From: Patescibacteria group bacterium
GTDB taxonomy: Bacteria; Patescibacteriota; Patescibacteriia; CAIXNZ01
Direction: 5' to 3'
Assembly: GCA_041651155.1 (NCBI GenBank)
Contig: JBAZJU010000004.1
Location: 39,427 to 103,426 of the forward strand
Length of the DNA: 64,000 nucleotides
Part shown: one piece after another, positions 1 through 8,346 of the stretch
How positions within the stretch are numbered: the first letter of the stretch is position 1
Layout: each line of letters begins with the position of its first letter
Translations under genes and position numbers: made by a program
The notes under the pieces: model-generated
What the model was told of the DNA's origin: nothing
Database searches by the model: none
The model's input: only the letters and a program-made list of their open reading frames with translations

Positions 1-17
1 TTAAAGAAAACAGCAAT

Positions 18-1685
18 ATGGCTTATTCCTTGCAAGGCTTGAATAATCATGTTGCTTCGGCTGTTTCAGCCCATTATTGGCTGCACAAAGTTTATCCGCA
101 AGAAGTCAGAGACGCACATTCAAATGCGGATATTCATATTCATGATTTGCAGACTCTGGCAGCTTATTGCTGTGGCTGGGATTTGCGTGATTTATTAATG
201 AAAGGCTTTGGCGGGGTAATGGGGAAGGTTTCTTCTAAGCCAGCTAAGCATTTTAGAACAGCTTTGGGCCAGATCGTGAATTTTTTTTATACCTTACAAG
301 GCGAAACAGCAGGCGCTCAGGCTTTTTCCAGCTTTGATACGTATTTAGCGCCTTTTATTGCTTTTGATAATTTAACTTACGGCGAAGTGAAGCAATGCAT
401 ACAGGAATTTTTATTTAATATGAATGTGCCAACACGCGTTGGCTTTCAAACGCCCTTTACCAATATAACGATGGATTTGATTATTCCAGACATGATGAAA
501 GACGAGCCTGTCGTGATTGGCGGTAAATTCCAGGATAAGACTTATAAGGAATTTGCCAAAGAAATGGATATGATTAATATTGCTTTTACGGAAGTTATGA
601 CTGCAGGAGATGCGAGCGGGCGTGTTTTTACTTTTCCAATCCCGACTTATAATATTACCAAGAATTTTAGCTGGGATAATGAAGTAGTTGATAAAATCAT
701 GGAAATGACAGCGAAATATGGCATCCCATATTTTTCCAATTTTATTAATAGCGATATGAAACCAGAAGATGCGCGTTCTATGTGCTGCCGTTTGCGCTTG
801 GATAACAGGGAATTAAGAAAAAGAGGCGGCGGACTTTTTGCGGCTAATCCTTTGACCGGCTCAATTGGCGTAGTGACTATTAATTTGCCGAGATTAGGCT
901 ATACTTCAAAAGATAAAGGTGAATTTATGGAAAAATTAGAGCGGATGATGAATATTGCTAAAACTAGTTTAGATATGAAGCGCAAGGTAGTAGAGAAATT
1001 TACTGACGATGGCCTGTATCCGTATTCCCGTTATTATCTGCAGGATATTAAAAGTAAATTCGGCGAATACTGGAAAAATCATTTTAATACCATTGGCATT
1101 AATGGGATGAATGAAGCGGCTTTAAATTTGCTTGGCAAAGATATTACCACCGAAGAAGGCCATAAGTTTGCAGAAGAAGTTTTGGATTTTATGCGGGAAA
1201 AATTAATGGATTACCAAAATGAAACCAATAGTTTGTATAATTTAGAAGCTACGCCTGGAGAAGGTATCACTTATCGCTTTGCCAAAATTGATAAACAGAA
1301 ATATCCGGATATTATTGCAGCCAATGAAAAATCTTATCGTGAAAGCGGGGCAGATCCTTATTACACTAATTCTTCGCATTTGCCGGTTGATTATACTGAT
1401 GACATTTTTGAAGCGCTTGATTTGCAGGATGGCCTGCAAACGCGCTATACTGGAGGTACAGTGTTACATGGCTTTATTGGCGAGAAATTACCAACCATTG
1501 AAGCAACTAAAAAATTGGTGAAAAAGATTGCAGAAAATTACCATTTGCCGTATTATACAATTACACCTACATTTTCTGTCTGTCCGGTTCATGGTTATAT
1601 TGCAGGTGAGCATTATTTTTGTCCAAAATGCGACGCGGAAATAGGTTATGTGGAAAAAGTTGGCAGTATCCATTCAGCGAGCTAA
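18..1685 (+). CDS. nrdD: Anaerobic (class III) ribonucleoside-triphosphate reductase NrdD; large body with C-terminal zinc ribbon; probably 5'-truncated by the window edge
   Basis: 555-aa ORF with NrdD-like segments (SMCCRLRLD catalytic Cys pair, C-terminal CPVHGY...FCPKC zinc-ribbon). The reading frame stays open back to position 3, so the true start is probably upstream of the window. Confidence 0.85.
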   Translation: MAYSLQGLNNHVASAVSAHYWLHKVYPQEVRDAHSNADIHIHDLQTLAAYCCGWDLRDLLMKGFGGVMGKVSSKPAKHFRTALGQIVNFFYTLQGETAGAQAFSSFDTYLAPFIAFDNLTYGEVKQCIQEFLFNMNVPTRVGFQTPFTNITMDLIIPDMMKDEPVVIGGKFQDKTYKEFAKEMDMINIAFTEVMTAGDASGRVFTFPIPTYNITKNFSWDNEVVDKIMEMTAKYGIPYFSNFINSDMKPEDARSMCCRLRLDNRELRKRGGGLFAANPLTGSIGVVTINLPRLGYTSKDKGEFMEKLERMMNIAKTSLDMKRKVVEKFTDDGLYPYSRYYLQDIKSKFGEYWKNHFNTIGINGMNEAALNLLGKDITTEEGHKFAEEVLDFMREKLMDYQNETNSLYNLEATPGEGITYRFAKIDKQKYPDIIAANEKSYRESGADPYYTNSSHLPVDYTDDIFEALDLQDGLQTRYTGGTVLHGFIGEKLPTIEATKKLVKKIAENYHLPYYTITPTFSVCPVHGYIAGEHYFCPKCDAEIGYVEKVGSIHSAS

Positions 1686-1744
1686 TAAAAATATTTAAAT
1701 AAGTTTGTCTATTTTTAACAAATAGGCAAAACTGGGGAATTATT

Positions 1745-1885
1745 ATGAATACAAAAATGCAACGCACACCCTGTGAGGTGTATTCCCGAGTAGTCGGCTA
1801 TATTCGCCCTGTCAATCAGTGGAACAAGGGGAAAAGAGCAGAATTTGCAGACAGAAAAGAATATAACAAGCAGCTAGCCGGGTAA
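1745..1885 (+). CDS. Small ORF encoding an NrdD-type glycyl-radical C-terminal motif (MNTKMQRTPCEVYSRVVGYIRPVNQWNKGKRAEFADRKEY...)
   Basis: A 46-codon ORF not in the supplied track (below its size cutoff). The RVVGY...NxGK...E motif is the class III RNR glycyl-radical signature. It lies in a different frame from nrdD, 60 nt after the nrdD stop. Confidence 0.45.
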   Translation: MNTKMQRTPCEVYSRVVGYIRPVNQWNKGKRAEFADRKEYNKQLAG

Positions 1886-1923
1886 TGGTTCCTTAAAGGA
1901 GGACAGTCTAGTTCTTTAAAGAT

Positions 1924-2032
1924 AAAAACCAGTCCGCGCAGAAATTTTGGGTACAGTTAACCCATAAAAGCGTCAGATAATTTGGCACTCTTATGAGTTA
2001 ACTGTATTCTCCTTGCAGAGACTGGTTTTTTT
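1924..2032 (+). terminator. Nested long hairpin with 3' T-run in the nrdD-nrdG intergenic region (terminator or structured RNA)
   Basis: Outer stem aaaaaccagtc (1924-1934) pairs with gactggttttt (2020-2030), followed by tt. Inner stem acagttaac (1953-1961) pairs with gttaactgt (1997-2005). Confidence 0.4.
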
Positions 2033-2073
2033 AATTAAAATGAAACTACGAATAAGGATACCCGGCTAATTTA

Positions 2074-2108
2074 CAAACCTTCGTTCCGCATGGCGGGACT
2101 ACGGTTTG
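2074..2108 (-). repeat. REP-like structured palindromic element, instance 1 (caaacc-TTCG-ttccgc-atg-gcggga-CTAC-ggtttg on the plus strand)
   Basis: Same architecture as instances at 9512, 30367, 43321 and 63312, with covarying stems. Confidence 0.5.
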
Positions 2109-2216
2109 CAAAGGCAAATTCAATACAAATATTACAAATTAGTTTTTAGTAGTTTTGTAAATTATAAATTGGACAAATATTAGTATAATTAGTATTAAAT
2201 TAGTAAATTAGTATCT

Positions 2217-2912
2217 ATGTTAAAGATCGGCGGTTTGCAAAAAATAACTTTAATTGATTATCCTGGCCATTTAGCAGCTACGATTTTTTTAGCTGGCTGT
2301 AATTTTCATTGCGGTTTTTGCCATAACCCTGGTTTGGTAGAAATTAAACCCGGCCGAGAGTTTATTTCTGCCCAAGAAATTTTAGATTATTTATGCAAAA
2401 GAAAAGGGATTTTGGAAGCTGTCTGCATTAGTGGCGGTGAACCCTTAATCCAGCCGGATTTAAAGGATTTTTTAGCTCAAATTAAGTCTTTGGGTTATTT
2501 AATTAAACTGGACACCAATGGGTTTAACCCCGCTTTCTTAAAAGAATTACTAGCCCAGAATTTAATAGATTATATTGCCATGGATATTAAAGCTTCGCTT
2601 GCTAAATATGGGGAGATTACAAATGTAAAATCTGATTTTAAAAATATAGAAGAAAGCATCAAGATAATTTTGGCAGGGAACTTGCCATATGAATTTAGAA
2701 CAACTGTTTTGCCAAAATTTCATGACCCAAAGGAGATGGCAAAAATCGGGCAAATGATTACTGGCGCAAAAAATTACTATTTGCAAAATTTTAGAAATTT
2801 TAAAACTCTGGATCCCTCTTTTGCGCAAGAGCAGGCTTTTACCGAGGCTGAATTGCAAAAATTAAGAGAAATAGCCTTAAAATACGTTAAAAATTGTGAA
2901 ATCAGGAATTAG
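2217..2912 (+). CDS. nrdG: Anaerobic ribonucleotide reductase activating protein (radical SAM)
   Basis: CNFHCGFCHN radical-SAM CxxxCxxC motif near the N-terminus; 231 aa; immediately downstream of nrdD. Confidence 0.8.
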   Translation: MLKIGGLQKITLIDYPGHLAATIFLAGCNFHCGFCHNPGLVEIKPGREFISAQEILDYLCKRKGILEAVCISGGEPLIQPDLKDFLAQIKSLGYLIKLDTNGFNPAFLKELLAQNLIDYIAMDIKASLAKYGEITNVKSDFKNIEESIKIILAGNLPYEFRTTVLPKFHDPKEMAKIGQMITGAKNYYLQNFRNFKTLDPSFAQEQAFTEAELQKLREIALKYVKNCEIRN

Positions 2913-2938
2913 ATTTAAGATATTTGAGATGAATTAAA

Positions 2939-3244
2939 ATGACGATTTTAGAAAAAAAGATTTTATCTTTAGTTAACAAAATCCCCAAGGGGAAAGTAAC
3001 AACTTATGGCCTTTTAGCGTTAAAAATAGGTAATAGCCGTTTAGCGCGTGTTGTAGGAAATGCTGTACATAAAAATTTAAATATAATCGTGGTTCCTTGC
3101 CATCGGGTAGTCAAAAGTGATGGCCAGATCGGCAATTATCGCCTGGGTATTGCCAAAAAGACAGAATTGTTGCAAAATGAGGGTATAAAAATAAAGGCAG
3201 GTAAAATTTTAAATTTTACTGATGTCCTTTATAATTTTAATTAA
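2939..3244 (+). CDS. Methylated-DNA-protein-cysteine methyltransferase (MGMT/Ogt) DNA-binding/active-site domain protein
   Basis: VVPCHRVV active-site PCHR motif. The 101-aa size matches standalone MGMT C-terminal domain proteins. Confidence 0.75.
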   Translation: MTILEKKILSLVNKIPKGKVTTYGLLALKIGNSRLARVVGNAVHKNLNIIVVPCHRVVKSDGQIGNYRLGIAKKTELLQNEGIKIKAGKILNFTDVLYNFN

Positions 3245-3296
3245 ATTTAAAGTTTAGTTAAAATCTGTCCAGGTTTTGACTATTAAAAGGAACTAT

Positions 3297-3524
3297 ATGA
3301 AAAAATGTAAAAAATGCGGGGCGCCTTTGGAAGGTTTTCTTTATAATACCATTGGCAAATTAATGGGCATTAAGCCATCTGCTTCAGATCCAGAAACATG
3401 TAATAAATGCGCTGAAGATAAGACTGAAGAAGCGCCAAAGGCAGAAGAAAAAACTCCAGAAGTTGCCACTCCAGCTGAACCAATAGAAACTCAAGCAGAA
3501 GAAAAAGAAGATACTTCACTTTAA
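3297..3524 (+). CDS. Small hypothetical protein with CxxC...CxxC zinc-ribbon-like N-terminus and an acidic Pro/Glu-rich tail
   Basis: MKKCKKCGAP...CNKC. ATG at 3297 with AAAGGA 8 nt upstream; the track ORF begins at an upstream TTG. Confidence 0.4.
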   Translation: MKKCKKCGAPLEGFLYNTIGKLMGIKPSASDPETCNKCAEDKTEEAPKAEEKTPEVATPAEPIETQAEEKEDTSL

Positions 3525-3548
3525 AAATTTTTATTTAAAAAATTAAGG

Positions 3549-3577
3549 GACAGGAAAAATTTATTTTTCCTGTCTTT
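3549..3577 (+). terminator. Intrinsic terminator (perfect 12-bp hairpin gacaggaaaaat/atttttcctgtc plus T-run)
   Basis: Perfect inverted repeat with a 2-nt loop, followed by tttaatt. Confidence 0.6.
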
Positions 3578-3591
3578 AATTGGGTAAAATT

Positions 3592-4857
3592 ATGTTTGCA
3601 CAAAATAATAGTCAGGAGAAAATTTTTTCTAAAAATTTAATAGTTTTGGTTTTGATTTTTAGTTTGATTTTTGGCGGTTTAGCCGGAGCAGGCACAACTT
3701 TTTTAATTTTAAATAATTCAGGCAAGGCGGGTATTTTAAATATTCAATCCCAAGAGCAGAATAATTCTAATTTGACTAATAATGCAGGCACCTCCGGCAT
3801 TGACTTAGAAGCGGCAACTATCAGCGCAGTTAAAAAAACTCAACCTTCAGTTGTCAGTATAATTATTTCCAAAGAAGTCAGCGCTGTGCAGACTCCCAAT
3901 TTTAATGATTTTTTCCAGCTTGGTTTTCCTTTTCAATTTAATTTTGGCGAACCTGCCCAGCCTGCTCCTTCTCAAGATCAAAAGCCGCAAAAGCAGGAGA
4001 TTGGCGGTGGTTCTGGTTTTATTGTTTCCAATGATGGCTTAATCATTACCAACAAACACGTGGTGGCAGATGATGCCGCAAGTTATACTGTTTTAACCAA
4101 TGATGGCAAAAAATATGAGGCTAAAGTTTTAGCCAAAGATCCAACAAATGATTTGGCGGTCATAAAAATAGAGGCCAAAGATTTAACCCCATTAACTTTA
4201 GGCGATTCTGATAATATTGAAGTTGGCCAAACAGTGATTGCGATTGGCAATGCCCTGGGAGAATATAGAAATACTGTTACCAGAGGTGTAATTAGTGGGA
4301 TTAACAGGACAGTCCAGGCTGGCGGCCAGGGATTTACAGAAACTCTGGAAGAAGCGATCCAGACTGATGCAGCTATTAATCCGGGCAATTCAGGCGGTCC
4401 GCTTTTAAATTTAAAAGGCGAGGTCATTGGCATGAATACCGCAATTTCCCAATCAGGCCAATTAGTTGGCTTTGCCATACCGATCAATGAAGCCAAACAA
4501 GACATAGAGAGCGTGCAAAAAACTGGCAAAATTGTCAGGCCATATTTGGGTGTGCGTTATGTTCTTATCAATAAAGAAATTGTTGAGGCTAATAAATTAT
4601 CAGTTGATTATGGCGCTTTAATTTCCCGAGGCCAGACAGCAGATGAACTGGCTGTGGTGCCTGGTTCTCCGGCTGATAAAGCGGGCTTGGTTGAAAATGA
4701 TATTATTTTGGAAATAAATGGCCAGAAAATTGATGAGAGCCATTCATTGGCCAGACTTTTGGCAAAATATGCGCCGGGCGATGAAGTTGAACTTAAGATT
4801 TCACACAAAGGGGAAGAAAAGACTGTTAAGGTTAAATTGGAGGAAAGGAAGGATTGA
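3592..4857 (+). CDS. HtrA/DegP-family serine protease with N-terminal membrane anchor and C-terminal PDZ domain
   Basis: Trypsin-like GNSGGPL motif, HV...D catalytic segments, PDZ-like C-terminus. An alternative TTG start lies at 3580. Confidence 0.85.
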   Translation: MFAQNNSQEKIFSKNLIVLVLIFSLIFGGLAGAGTTFLILNNSGKAGILNIQSQEQNNSNLTNNAGTSGIDLEAATISAVKKTQPSVVSIIISKEVSAVQTPNFNDFFQLGFPFQFNFGEPAQPAPSQDQKPQKQEIGGGSGFIVSNDGLIITNKHVVADDAASYTVLTNDGKKYEAKVLAKDPTNDLAVIKIEAKDLTPLTLGDSDNIEVGQTVIAIGNALGEYRNTVTRGVISGINRTVQAGGQGFTETLEEAIQTDAAINPGNSGGPLLNLKGEVIGMNTAISQSGQLVGFAIPINEAKQDIESVQKTGKIVRPYLGVRYVLINKEIVEANKLSVDYGALISRGQTADELAVVPGSPADKAGLVENDIILEINGQKIDESHSLARLLAKYAPGDEVELKISHKGEEKTVKVKLEERKD

Positions 4858-4917
4858 TAAATTGTTAAACTGTTAAATGATTAAATTATTAAACTGATAA
4901 ATTGTTGAATTGTAAAA

Positions 4918-4947
4918 AGAACAGTCTCGCAATATGGGGCTGTTTTT
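4918..4947 (+). terminator. Terminator-like hairpin plus T7 run after the htrA-like gene
   Basis: aacagtctcgcaatatggggctgttttttt. Confidence 0.45.
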
Positions 4948-4981
4948 TTGTATAATATTAGCCACAAATGGGCCTTAATAC

Positions 4982-5010
4982 TTGACTGAATTATATAAAT
5001 ATGCTATAAT
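4982..5010 (+). promoter_or_regulatory. Consensus sigma70-type promoter (TTGACT, 17 bp, TATAAT) driving the GC-rich ORF
   Basis: TTGACT at 4982-4987, a 17-nt spacer, TATAAT at 5005-5010. AGGAGG RBS 8 nt before the ATG at 5062. Confidence 0.6.
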
Positions 5011-5061
5011 AACAAATCTAGTAAATTAACAAGTAATAAGCTCAAAAATAGGAGGATTTGG

Positions 5062-5787
5062 ATGAGAAAATTTGAATTAGCCGATCTGGGCGGGTGCTTC
5101 CGCGAGGAAGTAGAACAAAATGGTGTTTTTGGAAAGATAATTTCTAGGCATCTCTGCGAAGTCCCCATCATTGATGGGGTATATGCCGATGAAAGATGCA
5201 AGGAACCGATTGCTCGTTTGGACGGATGCGTCGAAGATTTGCTTTCAGCCGCTGATCCAGATCTGGATGAGATTTGGACACTGGTAAAGCGTGAGCAAAA
5301 GGCCAGGTCTGACGCCATGAATCGGGAGCTTTCCGTATGGGATGCTCAAGCAGAGGCGGACTTTGACCGAGAGGGTGAGATGGAAGAACCAGACGAGCTG
5401 AGTTTTACAATCAGCGGGCGATATTTCGCCAACCTTGAAAAGCTCGATGAATTCATCGGAATCTCGGCCGATCTGCATTGGCCGAGTGATACCTGGTGTC
5501 CTGAGGAAATGAAGGAACCTGATCCCCAGGAACAATTTCCATTGCCAAAACGTCCCAAGCAGATATATGAGGAGGGGACGCCTCCGAGATTCATGGGTTC
5601 CTCTAGGCGGAATTGCGGGCGAAAGCCACGCGGCATTCAAAATTGCCGGGTGAAAATTCGCAGAGCCCGTCATGAGAAGAGGAATGAATTTCGATCTTTG
5701 GCAGAGGAAGAAATTATCGAGCAGGAATGCCAAATAGAAGAGGATTATGCTGCGGCTCTGGACTTTGCCCAGCATGGTCAAGTCTGA
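5062..5787 (+). CDS. Hypothetical acidic protein encoded in a GC-rich (~50% GC) compositional island
   Basis: 241-aa ORF with strong promoter and RBS. No recognisable family. GC content is far above the flanks, and antisense ORFs overlap as expected in GC-rich DNA. Confidence 0.5.
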   Translation: MRKFELADLGGCFREEVEQNGVFGKIISRHLCEVPIIDGVYADERCKEPIARLDGCVEDLLSAADPDLDEIWTLVKREQKARSDAMNRELSVWDAQAEADFDREGEMEEPDELSFTISGRYFANLEKLDEFIGISADLHWPSDTWCPEEMKEPDPQEQFPLPKRPKQIYEEGTPPRFMGSSRRNCGRKPRGIQNCRVKIRRARHEKRNEFRSLAEEEIIEQECQIEEDYAAALDFAQHGQV

Positions 5788-5804
5788 CACTCATAACTTT
5801 ACGT

Positions 5805-5872
5805 GCGGCGCATTGATAATCAATGTGCCGCTTTTCTTTTTAATTTAGCTCTTTTCAAAGGAGCTTTTTTTT
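5805..5872 (+). terminator. Two tandem intrinsic terminators closing the GC-rich island
   Basis: gcggcgcattg/caatgtgccgc hairpin plus ttttcttttt (5805-5841); agctcttt/aaggagct hairpin plus T8 (5847-5872). Confidence 0.55.
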
Positions 5873-5892
5873 GTTAGAATTAAGGTAAGTTT

Positions 5893-5921
5893 GAAAGTTA
5901 TAAAGTTTATAAAGTATAAAG
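5893..5921 (+). repeat. Left inverted-repeat arm (gaaagttataaagtttataaagtataaag) flanking the four-helix-bundle gene
   Basis: Its reverse complement actttataactt recurs at 6282-6293. A near-identical arm occurs at 54541-54570. Confidence 0.55.
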
Positions 5922-5929
5922 AAAATATT

Positions 5930-6274
5930 ATGAAATTTGAACGATTTGAGGATATTATTGCTTGGCAAAAAAGTAAAGAATTAGTCATTTCTGCCTATGC
6001 TTGTTTTAAAGAATGCATAGATTATAGTTTTAGGAATCAAATACAAAGAGCTGTTATTTCAATTATGAATAATATTGCCGAAGGATTTGAGAGAAAAACA
6101 AACAAGGAATTTATAAGATTTTTATATATGGCCAAGGGTTCGTGCGGAGAAGCAAGATCAATGTTATATTTAGCTTTAGAATTAAAATATATTTCAAGAG
6201 AAGATTTTGAAAAAAATTATAATATGGCATTAGAAATTTCAAAAATATTATCAGGATTAATAAAATCTTTATAA
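5930..6274 (+). CDS. Four-helix-bundle protein of the 23S rRNA intervening-sequence protein family
   Basis: Family hallmarks: N-terminal FEDLxxWQ-type helix (FEDIIAWQKSKEL), central NIAEG and AKGS segments, length about 115 aa. Confidence 0.7.
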   Translation: MKFERFEDIIAWQKSKELVISAYACFKECIDYSFRNQIQRAVISIMNNIAEGFERKTNKEFIRFLYMAKGSCGEARSMLYLALELKYISREDFEKNYNMALEISKILSGLIKSL

Positions 6275-6299
6275 ACTTTCTACTTTATAACTTTTTACT
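6274..6299 (+). repeat. Right inverted-repeat arm flanking the four-helix-bundle gene
   Basis: aactttctactttataactttttact contains the reverse complement of the left arm. Confidence 0.5.
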
Positions 6300-6304
6300 A
6301 AATC

Positions 6305-7399
6305 ATGAAAGAAGGAGAATTGATCGTAAAACTTAAAGATTTGCAGCAAAAAATAAAAGAAGCCTGGGGCTTTCTTGGCATTGAGGAAAAAATGCAGGAA
6401 ATTGAAAAATTAGAAGCCATGATGGGCAAGCCTAGCTTTTGGCTGGAGCAAGATAAGGCCAAAGCGATTAGCCAGAAAGCCAGTGATTTAAAAAAAGAAA
6501 CAGAAACCTGGCAGAAACTTAAAAAGGAAATTGAGGAAGCTTTAGAATTGGCAAAAATGGATGAGAAAGATCAGTCATTAAGCTTAAGGGAGGAAATTGA
6601 AAAAAAGTATCTGGAATTGGAAAAAGAATTTGCTGAATTAGAATTTTTCCTTTTATTTAGAGAGCCACATGACAAAAGCAATGCGATTTTGGCAATCCAT
6701 GCGGGCACTGGCGGAGTTGATGCCATGGATTGGGCAGGAATGCTAATGCGCATGTATTTGCGCTATTGCGACAAAAAAGGCTTTAAAACAGAAATTTTAG
6801 ATCAAAATTCTGGGTCAGAAGCTGGTATAAAAAGCGTAGTTATTGAAGTGACGGGAAATTATGCTTATGGCAATTTAAAATCAGAAAATGGCGTGCATCG
6901 TCTGGTGCGCATTTCACCTTTTGACGCAGAAAAAATGCGCCATACTTCTTTTGCCTTGGTTGAAGTTATTCCGGAAATTGACGAAGAGCTTGATTTGGAA
7001 ATTAAGCCAGAAGATTTAAGAATTGATACATATCGCGCGTCAGGCCATGGCGGGCAAAATGTGCAGAAAACTGAAACAGCAGTACGGGTAACTCATTTGC
7101 CGACAAAAATTGTAGTTGCTTGCCAAAGCGAGCGTTCACAAGCCCAAAATAAAGAGCGCTGTTTAAAAATTTTAAAATCAAAATTGCAAAAGCTGGAAGA
7201 AACAAAAATTGAAGCAGAAAAAAAACAGCTGCGCGGCGAATTTACAGAAGCTGTCTGGGGCAATCAGATTCGCTCTTATGTCTTGCAGCCATATCATCTG
7301 GTTAAAGACCATCGCACTGATTTTGAAAAAGCTGACGTAGATGCGGTTTTGGACGGAAATTTGGAAGGATTTGTGGAGGCATATTTAAAGCAAAAATAA
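6305..7399 (+). CDS. prfB: Peptide chain release factor 2 (single continuous ORF, no programmed +1 frameshift)
   Basis: SPF tripeptide (RISPFD) and GGQ motif (GHGGQNVQ). The N-terminal region is contiguous, with no in-frame TGA. Confidence 0.85.
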   Translation: MKEGELIVKLKDLQQKIKEAWGFLGIEEKMQEIEKLEAMMGKPSFWLEQDKAKAISQKASDLKKETETWQKLKKEIEEALELAKMDEKDQSLSLREEIEKKYLELEKEFAELEFFLLFREPHDKSNAILAIHAGTGGVDAMDWAGMLMRMYLRYCDKKGFKTEILDQNSGSEAGIKSVVIEVTGNYAYGNLKSENGVHRLVRISPFDAEKMRHTSFALVEVIPEIDEELDLEIKPEDLRIDTYRASGHGGQNVQKTETAVRVTHLPTKIVVACQSERSQAQNKERCLKILKSKLQKLEETKIEAEKKQLRGEFTEAVWGNQIRSYVLQPYHLVKDHRTDFEKADVDAVLDGNLEGFVEAYLKQK

Positions 7400-7401
7400 T
7401 T

Positions 7402-8346
7402 ATGGAAGGAAAAAGTAAAATTTTAGTCACGGGTGGCGCCGGTTTTATCGGTTCGCATTTAACCGATATATTAATCTCCGAAGGCTGCCGGGTTTATATT
7501 ATTGATAATCTTTCAACAGGACAAAGGCAGAATATTCATCCTGGAGCAAATTTTTTCAAATTTGATATTCAAGATAAAAAAGTTGAAGATTTGTTTAAAG
7601 ACATAGGTTTTGATTACGTCTTTCATACAGCCGCTCAAGTGAATTTGCGCAAATCAGTTGATAATCCTGTTTTTGACGCCAAGACAAATATTCTAGGCAC
7701 TTTGAATATTTTAGAAAACTGCCGCAAATACGGGATTGAAAAAATTATTTTTTCTTCAACTGGCGGAGCAATTTATGGCGAAGCAAAAATTGTTCCTACC
7801 CCGGAAACTTATGAAGCTAAACCTGTTAGTCCCTATGGCGTAGCCAAATTGACAATTGAAAATTATTTGTATTACTATCGTCGTGTATTTAATCTGAATT
7901 ATACTATTTTGCGTTATGCCAATGTTTACGGGCCACGGCAGAATAGTTTAGCCGAAGCTGGAGTAGTTTCAATTTTTATTAATAAAATTTTACAAGATGA
8001 ACAGCCGATTATTAATGGCGATGGTCTGCAAACGCGTGATTATGTTTATGTTGACGACGTAGTTAGAGCCAATTTGCTGGCAATGACTGTAAAAGATATT
8101 GGAATTTATAATGTGGCTACTGGCCAGCAAAACACCGTTAATCAGATTCTCAAATTAGTCGCAGCCGGTTTTTTTGATAAGAAAGTTGAAGAAAAGCATG
8201 GGCCGGCCATGCTGGGAGAACAGCGCATAAGCTGTTTGGCGATTGATAAAATTAATAAATATTTAAATTGGCAGCCCAAAATCAGCTTAGATCAGGGTAT
8301 AAAATTAACAGTTGAGTGGTTTAAACAAAATTATGATAGACAATAA
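7402..8346 (+). CDS. NAD-dependent sugar epimerase/dehydratase (UDP-glucose 4-epimerase-like)
   Basis: N-terminal GGAGFIGSH Rossmann motif; YxxxK-type SDR fold; 314 aa. Confidence 0.8.
   Translation: MEGKSKILVTGGAGFIGSHLTDILISEGCRVYIIDNLSTGQRQNIHPGANFFKFDIQDKKVEDLFKDIGFDYVFHTAAQVNLRKSVDNPVFDAKTNILGTLNILENCRKYGIEKIIFSSTGGAIYGEAKIVPTPETYEAKPVSPYGVAKLTIENYLYYYRRVFNLNYTILRYANVYGPRQNSLAEAGVVSIFINKILQDEQPIINGDGLQTRDYVYVDDVVRANLLAMTVKDIGIYNVATGQQNTVNQILKLVAAGFFDKKVEEKHGPAMLGEQRISCLAIDKINKYLNWQPKISLDQGIKLTVEWFKQNYDRQ

Noticed and set aside
1686-1745. Group I intron interrupting nrdD, as in phage T4
   Set aside because: The gap between the two NrdD-coding pieces is only ~60 nt, far too short for a self-splicing intron.
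5245-5790. Minus-strand ORFs 5245-5790 and 5346-5636 inside the GC-rich island
   Set aside because: They overlap the plus-strand ORF, which has a consensus promoter and an AGGAGG RBS. Long antisense ORFs are expected in GC-rich DNA. The choice of the plus strand remains provisional.
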